A DNA stretch of 64,000 nucleotides from Octopus sinensis (Eukaryota): assembly GCF_006345805.1 (NCBI RefSeq), contig NC_042999.1, positions 119,846,001 through 119,910,000 of the forward strand, read 5' to 3'. The translations under genes were made by a program, and so were the position numbers. Shown here in pieces: positions 1 to 13,655 of this stretch (within the stretch, counting starts at the first letter, position 1; every line of letters begins with the position of its first letter). The notes under the pieces are model-generated. The model was not told the DNA's origin. It ran no database searches and saw only the letters and a list, made by a program, of their open reading frames with translations.

Positions 1-146
1 TGATGATGATGATAAGGATGATGATGGTGGTAGTGGTGATGGTGGTGGTGTTGGTAGTGGTGGTTGTGGTGGTGGTGGTGGTGGTAGTGGTAGTGGTTGA
101 TGGTGGTAATGATTATGATGATGACGATGCTGCTGATGATGATGAT
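1..146. repeat. Compound (GAT)n/(GGT)n microsatellite
   Basis: Direct reading of trinucleotide runs. Confidence 0.95.
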
Positions 147-517
147 TTTCTACATTGTCAAGGGATCATATAATTGGCATGAAATAGAGAAAATTGTTTG
201 AATCAAGTTCAATTCATAACCGGTCCGTTAACACCAACAGTTTAATGAAAGGCAAATACCAGCCCTGCAGAATTAAAATGTGAAAATACAGAGTGGGGTC
301 GATACTAAACACTTTAATGTACAGAGTTTACCAATTTGCTGTATTTGCTACTCTACCGCCCTGATTACTGTTAATAATAATAATTTATGATATTGACATA
401 AATAATTTCTAATATTGGCAATCGATTTTAATCGATTCTAGTACTTGAACAGTACATATTTCATCGATCCTAGAAGAATGAAACGGAAAGTCAACATCTG
501 AGGAATTCGAAATTTAA

Positions 518-1495
518 AGGATTGTAACTAATTGCCGAAAGGAATTTTATCGGTTACCCTACCGATTCTACCAACCGCCACCATAATTGTTATATAATAA
601 TGATGACTTTTAGTATAAACACAAGGCCGCATACCAATTTTTCTCTTTTCGGTGGTGGCGGTTACGGTGATGGTGAAGGAGCAGTCGATTATATCGAACC
701 TAGCACTTGACTCAAACTTCCTTTATCGATTCTGAAAATATTAAAGGCAGTGATGATAATGATGATGATGATGATGATGATGATGATAGAAATGAAACTA
801 TCATGGGGGTGTGCATATTATAGTGCTGAAAAAATCTCGAAACTGTTGAAAATACAATATTACTATCTTCTGTTTTCTACTAGGAGGACGGAGAAGGGGA
901 CATTCAGAAAAAAATACAAAAATAGGAGAGCTTTACCGACAATTACTTATGAAAACAGACCTGTTAAAAAATAGTGTTTAAACGAAACAAAATGAGACGT
1001 CCCTATAGGATTGTAACTAATTGCCGAAAGGAATTTTATCGGTTACCCTACCGATTCTACCAACCGCCACCATAATTGTTATATAATAATGATGACTTTT
1101 AGTATAAACACAAGGCCGCATACCAATTTTTCTCTTTTCGGTGGTGGCGGTTACGGTGATGGTGAAGGAGCAGTCGATTATATCGAACCTAGCACTTGAC
1201 TCAAACTTCCTTTATCGATTCTGAAAATATTAAAGGCAGTGATGATAATGATGATGATGATGATGATGATGATAGAAATGAAACTATCATGGGGGTGTGC
1301 ATATTATAGTGCTGAAAAAATCTCGAAACTGTTGAAAATACAATATTACTATCTTCTGTTTTCTACTAGGAGGACGGAGAAGGGGACATTCAGAAAAAAA
1401 TACAAAAATAGGAGAGCTTTACCGACAATTACTTATGAAAACAGACCTGTTAAAAAATAGTGTTTAAACGAAACAAAATGAGACGTCCCTATAGG
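518..1495 (+). repeat. Near-perfect tandem duplication (489 bp + 486 bp units)
   Basis: 518-1006 is repeated at 1007-1492 with AGG microhomology at the junction; the only visible difference is one GAT unit in the internal microsatellite (twin ORFs 750-974 and 1239-1460). Confidence 0.95.
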
Positions 1496-2899
1496 TGAGC
1501 GTCACAGAAGACCAGTCAAGGAACACTATACATGCTGGATTAAAGCCAATCTTTCCTAGCTTTGATTTCCAATCCATACAGCCATTACCTTAATCCTTAC
1601 CAACTTTCAACAAATTCACTAAAGATCCGTCTGCCTTACTAATACTCACTTTTTCTCCAAGTTGAAGTTAAAGAATTTGATGAGGATTTGTTTGAAGAGT
1701 AAAGTGTTAGTTCCCAATCGTTTCGATCTTTTTTTGAATTTGCCTGCTCTTCCTGTCAAAAAGAAAACAGTGAAGCAATTTTCATGATGGATTTGGCTAT
1801 CAACGGGGCCTGACCCTACACACGCTACAAAATCTGTTTGCCATAACTTATAAATTAGCAGCGTTCAGACATTGAAAGAGTTCAAAACAGTTTAGTTGTT
1901 TTACGTGCATGTAGGACAGGCCTGAATTGTGGTATTAACAATTCCATTGTGTGTATCTCTAACTGGCATATCCATGGCTTGCAGAATTGCTAGTCAGGCA
2001 TTTCTGAGTTTTCTACAATTCGGACTAAACATCTTTCGGAATTGTCTGCTCATATGATCCTAGTTGACGCTAAGAGACTCAGTGAGGTTGCGTCGATCCT
2101 ATTCACAATTAACCTTTACTAGACTACAATAGTTGGCATATTACCTACTACATTTCTCGTTTGTTGAGAATTATGAGTACTTGTCAAAATTCCCTATGCC
2201 AGGCGCTCTGACACGGATTTCACTTGATCCCAGATCTACAATTCTGTATAGGAAACGATCTGTGGAAAAAGCATGACTCAGAAATGGGCTACAACATTTT
2301 CTCGCTATCCATAATTACACAAAAATCATACTCTACTTACAAAAATTGCCTAAATCGGGAATAATTTCTAAAACATGTCGGCAACAAAAGATAACGCTCA
2401 GTATATTTAACAGAGATAGGTACTTCACATACAGATTCCTCACGTAACACAAATACATTTAGCACTAAAATGGCTTACACTACTGAAAAGATTAGTGCAA
2501 CAAAAGTGATTTAATAATTAAAGATATAGTTAAAACAGAGAGCACTTAAAATGAAGGCATAAAAGAAACTAAAAGCACTCCCCGTACATTTTTTATATTT
2601 ATCCAGAAATAAATTGAAAAATAAATAGATTGTGACAAATGACAGAACCACACCTAGCTTCGAGATCACAGCCAAAAGAGGAAAGTGAAAGCCTGATACG
2701 TATTTGTAGTTTAGCTTTGATTTCTCCTAGTTAAACATTGACAGAGGTATGCTGTTTGATGTGTCGATCGGACCGTTTGTTTCATAATATATTAGAAAAC
2801 ATGACAAGGTTACTACATAACATAATTAGAATATACGGATTGAAATAATGTCACCAACTGCAGAAAAATGAAACGTGTGTGTTCTGGAGGCAGCAGCAG

Positions 2900-3290
2900 A
2901 AAGTGAAATTCATGTAATTTGCTACGGCATGCGAATATATGCTAGCATAGAGTTAAGAGGAAGCTAGTCAGACTATAATGGCTTACGCAAATGACAATAA
3001 CATTTAGTTAAAGGTAACAAAGAAAGTCTCGAAATACAAGGATCTGAAAATTCCACATGGGAAAATGTGGAAAATACAAACAAGTATAGTCCCAACTATT
3101 GTAGGATCACTAGTAATTGTACTTCAGAGTACGGAGAAAGAATTAAAAAGTATCCTAGAATATTTTGATAATACAAATAAAAAAATTAAGGTATTCAGAA
3201 GATGCCGATATTCTGTGTAAAATGTTAAGTAAAGAAAAGAAAGTGCTGTAACCAGACCTATTTCAAATGAGAACTCAGGAAGAAGAGAGT
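2900..3290 (+). mobile_element. 3' end fragment of R4/Dong-type (RLE) non-LTR retrotransposon
   Basis: From ~3020 reads KKVSKYKDLKIPHGKMWKIQTSIVPTIVGSL, resembling the RLE C-terminal motif EKLxKYxDLxIExxRMWxxKTxVIPxIIGALG. Confidence 0.6.
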
Positions 3291-3356
3291 ACGCTAAACT
3301 TTTACGTGATAATCAAGATTATGGTGATGATTATGACGACGAAGACACATTCAGGG

Positions 3357-3467
3357 ATGATGATGATGATGATGATGATGATAGTGATAATGATAATGAT
3401 AATGATAATGATGATGATGATAATAATAATAATAATAACAACAACAACAACGACGACGACGACGATG

Positions 3468-3521
<54 letters not shown>

Positions 3522-3522
3522 T
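3357..3522. repeat. Compound (GAT)(AAT)(AAC)(GAC)(AAT) microsatellite
   Basis: Direct reading. Confidence 0.95.
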
Positions 3523-5860
3523 AACCCGAAGCAATTCTTCCGAACGTTAGAAGTTGACAATGGAGAAAATGTTGCTTCTGATGCAAATCAAGCCAAGGAG
3601 TTCTGGAACGAATTATGAAGAAACAATGTGGTGCATATAAGGAATGCAATGTGGATAGGGACTATCAATACAGAATTATAAGGAGAAAAGAAACAAAGGA
3701 ATATTGTCATAAGCACGTGTGCATGAAAGACTAGCAGCCAAATTGAATAAGTGTGTCCAGAAAGGTACAGTCCCCGCGTGGATAGTGACTGGGAAGACAA
3801 CACTTGTAATGAAAAATAGATGAAAGGGGAATATTGTAAGAAACTACCGTCCCATAGCATGCCTAAACATATCTGCAAGATATTCACTGGAATATGTGCG
3901 ACAAAAACATACACTTGCCTGGCACGAGGAGAAATATGACCAAGGGAACAAAAAGGATGTAGGAAGAGTTCTCACCTGATCATCGATAAAACAGTTTTGA
4001 GGCATTGTAAAAACATCAGACAAACATATCTATGGCTTTGATTGACTATAAGAAGGCAAATGATATGATACCTCATTCTTGGATTGTTGAATGCCTGCAG
4101 ATGTTTGGTGTTGCTGACGACTACACAAATTTTCTTATGCATAGCATGAAAGAGTGGAAAACCAAATTGTAATATTAAAAGGGAAATCTTCCAAGGTGAC
4201 TCGTTTTCTTCGTTATGTTTTGTAATTGCACCAATACACATAACAATGACACTTAGGTAAGTTAAGATTGGTTATCGATGTGGGAAGAAAGGCCCATCAT
4301 TGAACTATATTCTGCTTATGGATGACCTGAAATTTCTTGGGAAATCTGAAAAGCAGATAGATTGCTTAGCCAAAACAGACCAGAAGTGAGATAGGGACAT
4401 CGGTGTGGCATTTGCGATCACTAAGTGCTCAGTGCTTAATATAAAAAGAGGGGGGAAAGCGGCCTGCAGAGGATTGCAGTTATCATCAGGAGAGATCATG
4501 GGTGAACCCGATAGTAGTGGGTATATATATTTAGGGATTTTGGAGCTGGATAACATTCTACATAGAGAAATGAAAGTCAAGGTCAGTGAGGCGTATAAAA
4601 AAAAAGGTGAAGAAGGTGTTGAAATCCGACCTGAATGCCAAAACTTTGATTACCGCAATGAATATCTGGGCAGTTGCGGTGGTCAGATATAGTACATTCA
4701 TCCTCAAATGGACTAAGGAGGATATATTAACACTGGATAGAAGGACAAGAGAGTTGATGATGCTGCATGGGGCGTTATACCCTAAAGCAAACGTAAACAG
4801 AATAAATATGAAAAGAAAGAATGGTAGTAGTGGACTAATTAGTATATACCGTTATATAAACAGTAAAAGGAGAACGCTTGCCAAGTATTTGATAAACAGT
4901 GATGAAGACCTGCTGCAATATGCCGCGAAAAATATGAGTGTAAATGCAGATGAAATGATTGGCAAGGAAGAGTTTAACCAAAGAGCTGAGGAGGAGAGAA
5001 AAGAAAACCTTCTTGAAATGAGAATGCATGGACAGTTTGAAAGGAATACACAAGACGTTAAGGATAATACAGCATTGTGGGTATGGATTGTTTGAGGTGA
5101 TTTGAAGCGTACCACCGAAAGTCTGATCCTTGCTGCCAGAGGCCCGGCTTTCGCTACCAATTAAGTGAAGTATAACATCTATAAGACATCTGAAACCCAG
5201 AAATGCAGACTCTGTGGAAAGAGTGTGAAAATGTGACCCACTTAGTAAGTGGATGTGAGAGACTTGCGCAAAAAGAGTACAAGCGCCGCCATGATAAAGT
5301 GTGTGTGTGTGTCTTCATTGGCTCTTATGCCGTAAATACCAATATGAAGTAACAGAGAACTTGTATGAGCATGTACAAGTAAAGTTATGCAGGAGGATGG
5401 AAAAGTAACGATACTCTGGGACTATGATTTTCAGACGGATCGCGTTATCAAACACCGTCGGCCGGATATTGTCATATTGAATAAGAGACAAATACTGTCA
5501 GATCATTGATGTTGCCATACCAAATGACATGAATGTTGTAAGTAAAGAGGTTGAAAAAAAATCACCAAGTACTCCGAATTGAAAGTGGAAATGGCAAGAC
5601 TGTATGAAATCAAAGAGGGTAATGTAAAAGTGATATCAGTGGTAATCAGAGCGTTGGACTCAATCCCATTGAAACTTCAAGACATCATAAGGCAACTGGA
5701 AATCGCATGCAAAATTGATGTCTTGCAAAAAGCAACCTTATTGGGAAGAGCGCACATCTTAAGGAAAGTATTATCTGTTTGAGGTCCTTGACAGATAACT
5801 AAAAACTCCGGTGTATTTTTACCTACACCGTGTTACGAAGGAATAATTATAATAATAATA
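3523..5860 (+). mobile_element. 5'-truncated, frameshifted R4/Dong-type non-LTR retrotransposon (RT, CCHC knuckle, RLE endonuclease, 3' UTR, AAT tail)
   Basis: Motifs in order: NYRPIACL (~3840), IDY..A.DMIPHSWI (~4040), FQGDS (~4190), LMDDLK (~4315), ORF 4586-5095 (KVLKSDLNAK...), CRLCGK..THLVSGC..LAQKEYKRRHDKV (~5200), ILWDYDFQTDRVIKHRRPDIV, IIDVAIP, LQKATLLGRAHILRKVLSV* ending 5782; then a short UTR and AAT repeats. Confidence 0.9.
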
Positions 5861-5869
5861 ACAGTAATC

Positions 5870-6075
5870 CTCTCCAATAAAGACAGAAGGCTTGAAATTT
5901 TGGGGTAGTGGACTAGTCGATTACAAGTCTGAGTACAAATTCCGCCTGAGGTCGAGTTTGCCATTGATCATCTCGGAATCGATTAAATAAGCACCAGCTG
6001 AACACTGACGTCGATGTAATTGACTCACCCTTTCCCCCAAAAGTGTTGTCCCTGTGCTAAAATTTGAAATTAGAA
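5870..6075. mobile_element. Degenerate family A SINE pieces
   Basis: AAATTCCGCC.GAGGTCGA.TTTGCC and GTCGATGTAATTGACT motifs shared with intact family A copies. Confidence 0.55.
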
Positions 6076-6179
6076 AGCTCCATTTCTTTGAAATGCCTGA
6101 TTAGTATCTATGGACGTGTGGCAGCAGCATTCAATTAATCAGTGAGTTGACCAGAATCAAAATCTTAATGCATGCGGGA

Positions 6180-6700
6180 ATGGAAATCAGCATTTATTGC
6201 TAAAAAATGAAAGATAGTAGATAGCCTATAGTTACTGGACTATAACCTGCTTGATAAATAAAAGTTCTTACTTCTATAATCTACAACAGACTGATTATTC
6301 ACCCGGGAGACAATAATGTACTAACACAGAAGTAGAAAAGGCAGAGAAACGGATGTATCTTCAAAGTGCAACAACTGGTGAACTGTACTTGCTCTTACAA
6401 GTGGACAGCAAAACGGAGGAAGTGAACCTCAGCATGGCTTGGATTGATTGTCAAAAAGCATTTGAAAGAGTGTGACACTCTTGGCACTGGAGACACTTCT
6501 AACAAATAAAGCTACTTCAATACAGTTTACGGTCCATCGAATATGATATGTTAAAATGGAAAATAGTAAAGGCACTACAAGTCAAAAGAGAAAAATAGAA
6601 TCAACCCTTTACCCATAAGAATGAATAATGATTACTTGAAAGTCATTATCCTTCTACACTTCTGCGAATTTCTAAGTCTATTAAGAATTATGGAATGAAT
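6180..6700 (+). mobile_element. Decayed R4/Dong-type RT fragment
   Basis: YWTITCL (NYRPITCL-like) and NLSMAWIDCQKAFERV*HSW (AWIDYxKAxDxVPHSW-like). Confidence 0.6.
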
Positions 6701-6829
6701 ATAGCACAAGATATTTTCAAAGGATAATACCTTGCTGAAAACAACCTACTAAATCTTGTTCCACAAATTCATGCTCTGTTTCTTTTTTGTTTGTTTGTTA
6801 TTTTTGTGTTCTGCTTTCTGCTGCTCTGC

Positions 6830-7620
6830 TTATTACCCACACCCATTTGGAACTAACTAAGGAAAGTCATCCTATTCGCCACTATTACTTCATCCCACCC
6901 TCTCATGCATGACCGCCTTCTTTCTCTTAAATCTTCAGTTTTCCCTAACACAATTCTTTTTTCCATATCATCCGCTTTGAGAACGTGACCAAAGAATATT
7001 AATCATTGTTTGACAATCAATGTTTCTAAAGTACTGTCAGGTATTACTTGCTGCAGTATCGATCTGTTTTGGGTGTTTTTTCCCGTCCATGAAACAGTCA
7101 ATAATCTTCTCCAGCACCACATTTCAAATGCATCAATTTGCCTTCTATCTTGTTTGTTAATTGCCCAACTTTCGCATCCATACATCATTAATGGGTATAT
7201 CATTGATTTTAACAATCCCTCCTTTGTTGCTCGCGACACTTCTTTATCTCTCATAATTTTCTTAGTCCCATCATGGTAGCTTTTCTAAGGGCCATACTTC
7301 TTTTAATTTAATTTTAATACTTCTCACTTCTTTCAACCGTTGACCTTAAACTCGCCCACTACTTCCACCGTTTGATCTCCAATATTAAATTACTTTAAAT
7401 TTGAAGTTGATTTAATTGTAAATATTTTAAAGCTTCATTTAAATACAGCCTTTTCACTTTCCTGTCTCAGCCTTTTTAGCAATATTTCGAGGCCCTTATT
7501 TTCTGCAAGCATACTTGTGTCATTCGCGTAACTCAGACTGTTTATTGTCATTTCCAGTATTTTAAATCCAGTATTTTAAATCGACCTATCTCAATATTAC
7601 GTACCGTCTGATACTTTCAT
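6830..7620 (-). mobile_element. RTE-clade LINE RT C-terminal fragment
   Basis: ORF 7003-7254: YGCESWAINKQDRRQIDAFEMWCWRRLLTVSW (RTE/BovB-like); upstream INSLSYANDTSMLAE at ~7500-7560 is a decayed YADD motif. Confidence 0.85.
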
Positions 7621-8079
7621 TGCCTATGTTAAAACTATAGAACTAAGCAAACTTCTCTTCTAACAACTCACTTGACAACAAATCCTTGTTACCCAAAATT
7701 CTGCTCTTACTATAGTTTATTGTTTTGAATAAAATGATGGTCACAAAAAATCTAAGACCATTTCTTTCAAGCACACACATGTTTCATAATTTAGATGATC
7801 AAAAGCATAGCTAGTATTAATAATGTACAACAACATTTCCCGGTATTACACCTTACGTTTTCTTCATTATCTGTCATAAGTTTTCTATTTAGCTCTATTA
7901 TTCGCGTACGTAACGTATCTTTGGAAAATAATTTATATTCTGACTTTATTTGGTGTATCAGACCACAGCCTCGTCATTCATTTGTTTTCATAAAACATAA
8001 AAGGGAGAATGAGCACAAAATATACACTAAAACGAGGCAAATCATGCAAATTTGAGAACATTAAATTAGATATAGACAT

Positions 8080-9270
8080 CTAAATCTGAGAATTATACAA
8101 GAACTATCCAATCAAATAATTAGGGTAGAAAAAACCGATAGGATGCAAACGGAAATAAAAGAAACCGTAAAGGAATTCAATAGAAGAAGCAGATTCTGGG
8201 TATTAAAAAGTGCACTCAATGCAAGAAATAAGATAATTGATATAAAATCCTAGCCATTTCAGTTAAAAAGAACGGCTTCCAAAAGGGAAACTGAAAGTTA
8301 ATTGAATTGCTTAGAGAGAAAAATAGTAGCTACTAACACTGTTCTGAAGTTACTACCGCAGAGCTTATATTGATAGAAAATATCTAACTTACATTGAAAC
8401 AGGACGGGTTTCATTGAAATGGAGAAGAACAACAAAGAAATGATTGTGGGAAATAAAATTACTTAGAAGCAAGCAAAGGATAATTCATTTCTATAATAAG
8501 TGAGAACGAAAAAAATCCCATTTGTCTATATATAAAAGAGACAATAAAATACCAACTTCAAACTAACTATACGCGAGGAAAATGGTTAGATAATGATAAA
8601 AAAAGAAAATATTAACAAAAAATAGGAGCAAAATTATAATGGAATTCCAAAATATACAACAAAAAAAGCTAAAACGGAATCCGACAATGTCTCAAAATCA
8701 CTGTGCTAAGGGCAGCAAGAGAAAGTTGTGATTTTAGCTACATACAACTAATACATAGCACAAATAATTAAAATAGAAAATAACAGAATAAAAGAAATGT
8801 AACATGATATGAGAATGTGCAATCTGCACAGGAAACAATTCAGCGCATCATTTCCGGCTCACCAATTCTTGTTATGTCAAACAATATTCACAAGCAGATG
8901 CTGTTGGTAGCTATGACCATGGGTATATTGATACATCAGCGTGAAGTATCCAGTGAATTATCGATATAAACATATATCTATAATTCTATGTGACAACGAC
9001 CACATAATTATCTGAAACTGAAACAAAAAGTCTGTACTCTGATACGCTTATCTGTTATTTTTGACATCTTAGGATGTTGGTGTATCAACTAGTAACGTAT
9101 ACAGAGTCATTTATATGAAAAAAAAACATTTGTTAGGAGATATTAAAGTTAAGAACAGCCTGAATAACAGGAACACGAGCCAATGAACAAATATAGAAAA
9201 AAATGTGCCCGGTTTCAGAAAATAACCGTGTTAAACGCAGCCCTCGCATTACACTTTCATTTCAAAATCA
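8080..9270 (+). mobile_element. Highly decayed R4/Dong-type 3' half
   Basis: VLKSALNARNKII (~8200), ETES-like motif, C..QETIQ.IISG knuckle remnant (~8810-8860), KIT-like terminal motif (~9220). Confidence 0.55.
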
Positions 9271-11429
9271 CAATTAAATACACATTCTTTACAATGTATA
9301 CATATCCATGCTCGAAAGCTTAAAAACTCTCCCCTTTTACTGAGCGTCAAGCTAATACATACCTTGTGCACGGCCTTTTGCTGTTATTGTTAATTTTGCT
9401 ATTATTCGTTTATTTGAATTAATTACATATATATATTTCGTTTTTGGATTTGGTTTGCGCACAAAGGGGAACGCAGTGTAAATAACGGACAGAGTCAAAA
9501 CTATTGAAAAGGTTGCAAGGCGCAACGAAAATTTTAGTAAAATAAAAATATGAAAAAAGTGGCGATTTTACCGCTGAGTGTGTTATATTATAAGGCACAA
9601 AAAGAAAATGACTCTCCCCAGACACAACAGAATACATATATATAGTTAGATAGATATATAGATAGAGAGAGAGAAAGATACACACACACATATATTCATA
9701 CATACGTGCAAAAGTATGCATGCATATTTATATGTGTGTGTTTGTGTGTAGGTACTATAGGTATGTGAGTGTTTGTAAGCCTATGTGCATATGTAATACC
9801 ACAATTCTCGTTCCGTGTAGCACCTGTTTATGTAATCCAAACCTCCAAGTGTATAGTGAACGCAATCAACACTTGACATGGAAATATATAACACCTATTG
9901 CACAACATGTACGAAACCACACCGTCCATCAGGATGACACATCATGCATTACACATACTCTGTACGACAGAGGAAACTCTAAAATCGCATCGTACACAAT
10001 AGAACATTATGCATTGTACATAATAGAACAAATAGCAAAACAAATAAAAAATTTATGCAGTAATTAAACACGATTCTATGTTGCACATGCCTTAAGATTA
10101 TGAGGCTATTTCTGATTATAGAGAAGAAACCTGTTTAAAAGCGTTTAAACATAATATAATAATATTCCTATTATACCGATAGGCTATTCAAATTAGCTCA
10201 TATCACACGAAAGTCGAGAGATATTTAAAGCCAGCTCTATAAATTTATTATTATTATTGTTATTTGTTGTCATTGATCAGTAAGTGTTGTTTTCTATTTA
10301 TGTCTAGCTAAAAATCAAAGGAGATGACTACTATTCCCTTCAAACTTTAATTTTATGACCTGGACATCAATATTTTAAAACTGATGTATTTTTCATTACA
10401 TTTCAGATGGATGGATTCATCTTTGAGTTGCTGAATCAGAAATATCGTTATTGCAAATATTCTGCTCAATACCACAGATTTGCTTGTCAGTTGCTTGTTC
10501 TTAACCACTTGAGAAGCAGGTGGTATCATAGTAATATGTTGAGAGCGATTCTTTCGGGTTTGAAAAAATGTAATAAAAGCAAAGTTTGAAAGAAATATTA
10601 ACCATTTTTCTTACTTTCTAGTGGTAGGGAACTAGGAAATAATAATTGTTAACCAAGGACAAAAATCGTTTTACACTGTGTAATCATCACAAAGTTGAAT
10701 GCTGAAAATTATCTGTATAAGCATGAGGTTCATCAAACATGCCATGTCAGTGCGGAAAAACAATCATATTACCATAAAGTAAAAAATAAAAATAAACATT
10801 GTTGGAAAACACCTATCCTAATATCATCAATCTTTTTCTCGGTAACCCATTAAGAAATCTAAGTAAAACCCCCAATGGCCCAGTGAAATTACAAACTATA
10901 ATATGATTTACAAATCTGGTAACAATTCAAATTATATCACTGCTAACTACAGCCCACGTCCTACTTATGAAATTTTCACTTCAGTAACATAACTTACACA
11001 CTATACTCCGGGAAGCATAGACAATAATGCCCTATAGAATCATCTGATCAATAAAATAGAGCAACTCACATAACAGCCTGTGCAGAAAATTACACCAATA
11101 AATTCTTCGTTCACAACATAATCGCCACTCAGTAAAAGGAACAAAATATATACACTAACATAATTAACACCTACTACAACACATTTCTCACACTGCCAAC
11201 ATCTACCTCAAATTTTACACATATTTTTGTAGTAAATCAAACATATATAGCAAAATAAACTAATTCAACTCTTTACTTTAAAAGACACTGCAACACGTAG
11301 CTGAGAAACATTGCGGTACATCTAGGAGGGGATCATAAATATATAAATATCTATTAGAAACATGTTGGTGAAACATTAAAAATATTAATATTGTTGGCAA
11401 ACATATAGCTAGACAATGAACTTGAAGAA

Positions 11430-11830
11430 CTAGAAACTCACCACATTCCGTGGACTCCTAAAGAAACAACCTGGTCTCCTAAAGAAACAACCGCGGTTTT
11501 CAAACTGCGACAGAGCAGTAGAACTGGTTGAGTTACTTGAGTACTCCAGAGTACACCCATGTACGCTTATCTAGTGACAACAAGGAAACGGTTTCGTTGA
11601 AACATCTGGCTCCGAGAGAAGATGCACAACTTTCCACTACATCAACCGAGCTTGATACCTGCAACCAGGATCTCGTGAGCGATTTCAAAGCCGAAACACC
11701 GACAGTCGGAAGCGGAACCAGTGTTATAGACCCTGAGAAAGCCAACAGCACAAAACTTGAAAATCTTGAGCTATTGATAGCTGGCCAACAGCGTCTACAC
11801 TCATGCAACTTGAGAAACCAGAAGGCGTGA
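11430..11830 (+). pseudogene. Gypsy-type LTR retrotransposon integrase C-terminal remnant
   Basis: VELVELL (frameshift) STPEYTHVRLSSDNKETVSLKHLAP resembles the VELLxANPxYAHVRFxDGRETTVSLRHLAP tail of Gypsy integrases; ends ...NLRNQKA*. Confidence 0.55.
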
Positions 11831-11960
11831 ACTATTCGAAATATTGTAATTCGCCATATTATTCCCTGCATTCTCTGGATACATTCACTGCTCACACACG
11901 CATATATTTTGATGACTAAAAACTTTACGAACTCACTGTGCGGTACTCAGATTCTTTAGT

Positions 11961-12149
11961 GGGGAGAATGTGATAAAAATTACTATTCATATTACTACTT
12001 ACAGTTATACCCATCATCTCACTAGCCAGTTGTAAACGAGGTTTTCGAATGATATTTAAACATGGCTGAATCCTGATCAGCATGGTTCAGGACTAAAACA
12101 ACTGACGGATATCATTCCCTCGTTCTTAGATGAGTAAAGACTATTTACA
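11961..12149 (+). mobile_element. Putative polypurine tract plus 3' LTR (TG...CA)
   Basis: GGGGAGAA (11961-11968) is immediately followed by TG at 11969; AGTAAA then ...TTTACA ends at 12149; lies downstream of the integrase remnant; no second LTR seen. Confidence 0.4.
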
Positions 12150-12379
12150 GCTAATGATTTCCAGTCTTCTGCATTCAACAATTTCACCAGTTCGATAACC
12201 AGAATTGCTACATTACCTACCTGATTAAATAAGATATAACGGAAAGTTCATGGGAGTTTCTGACCTGTTGTTTCGAGACAAATATCGCACGAAGACACTT
12301 CTACGAAAATCGTATGCGACTAAATTTTATCAGTTTCTCGTTGATGATGCCTTTATTTTTACTGACATGGCTGCCATAT

Positions 12380-13400
12380 TTTGTTTATTTTATTCTCACA
12401 TTTTTACTGCTGTTCCTTTACTTGACGCAAGTATTTGTAATATTTCGTTTGTAGCTTCTGTTCTACAAGGAGACAGAAAATATCGAAATGAGTTGTACCA
12501 CAGCAATTGAAATACCTTTGCTTTCTGCTTTTTATAAACATTATTCTTTTGAGAATAAACTGCATTTTGTGCAAAAGTTCGAGTGTAAGTGGTAGTTGAT
12601 TCAAATGTGCTTCACTTTATAAATCATGTCTTTAATAGAATTTAGACTAAATGCTTCAATAAAATATGGGTTACTGGGGTAACTTGTTCATGTCTTGGAA
12701 GCATTTAGTCTAATTGAACTGATTCATTTAATTTTATAATTTAGCTAATGATAAACTTTTCAGACATTTTTCACTTTAGTCAGTAGAATGTTTTACATAG
12801 TTTTCGTTTTCTTTATGCATCTTTAGGCGACAGCAATATTTAGCGAACAATTCTACACCTCCTCAGGATACTTTGCGTAAGGTTGTGCTCACCGTTTTTG
12901 TTTACTTTTGAAATGAAGTGTTAATTCAATCCAAGTACTGATGACTCTGCTAACAGAGGTGCATATCTTGGTTATTATTGTTCACGTCTTTACTAAAATT
13001 GTTGTGGATTTAGTTTTAATAGTTGTTTTCTATTTTCTTTTCGTTGTTGGTGATGTTAGTGTTGCGTGTTTAGTTTCATTTTTAGCTGACATTCCCGACC
13101 TTTTCGTTTTCTTTCTTCTTGATATTGATATTTTTATCCTTTCCACTCTCTTATTGTATTACTTTTTCTTTTTGTTGTTACTGTAGCCAATATTGTTGTT
13201 GCTCATACTGCTGTTGCGATTGCTGCTGTTGTTTTTGTTGTTGTTTTTAGTTGTTCAACTTTCAATGTCGCTGTAGTTACACCGATGCCGATTTCACCCG
13301 ACTGCTTGCTGTACCATAGTGCTATTTGTGTTCTTAGTGTCAACACCTACACATTATTTATCAAGTTTATTCCCAAAACTTACAAAGAAAGTAATTTGAT
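12380..13400 (-). mobile_element. Possible LINE ORF1 (gag-like) remnant
   Basis: YFNCCGTTHFDIFC at 12474-12515 has Cx2Cx4Hx4C spacing with the first C replaced by Y; flanked by low-complexity A-rich coding-like sequence. Confidence 0.3.
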
Positions 13401-13519
13401 TTGTCAAGCAAATTCCACGAAGTAAACGACAGCTTTAACGCTACCTCTACCCCATTTTAGCACACCCTTCCTCAGATGTCAAAATTGTTGATATTTTTCA
13501 CAGACATACACTCACATAC

Positions 13520-13655
<136 letters not shown>

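Noticed and set aside
1500-2200. Possible decayed LINE RT on the minus strand
   Set aside because: No unambiguous RT motif recovered by eye
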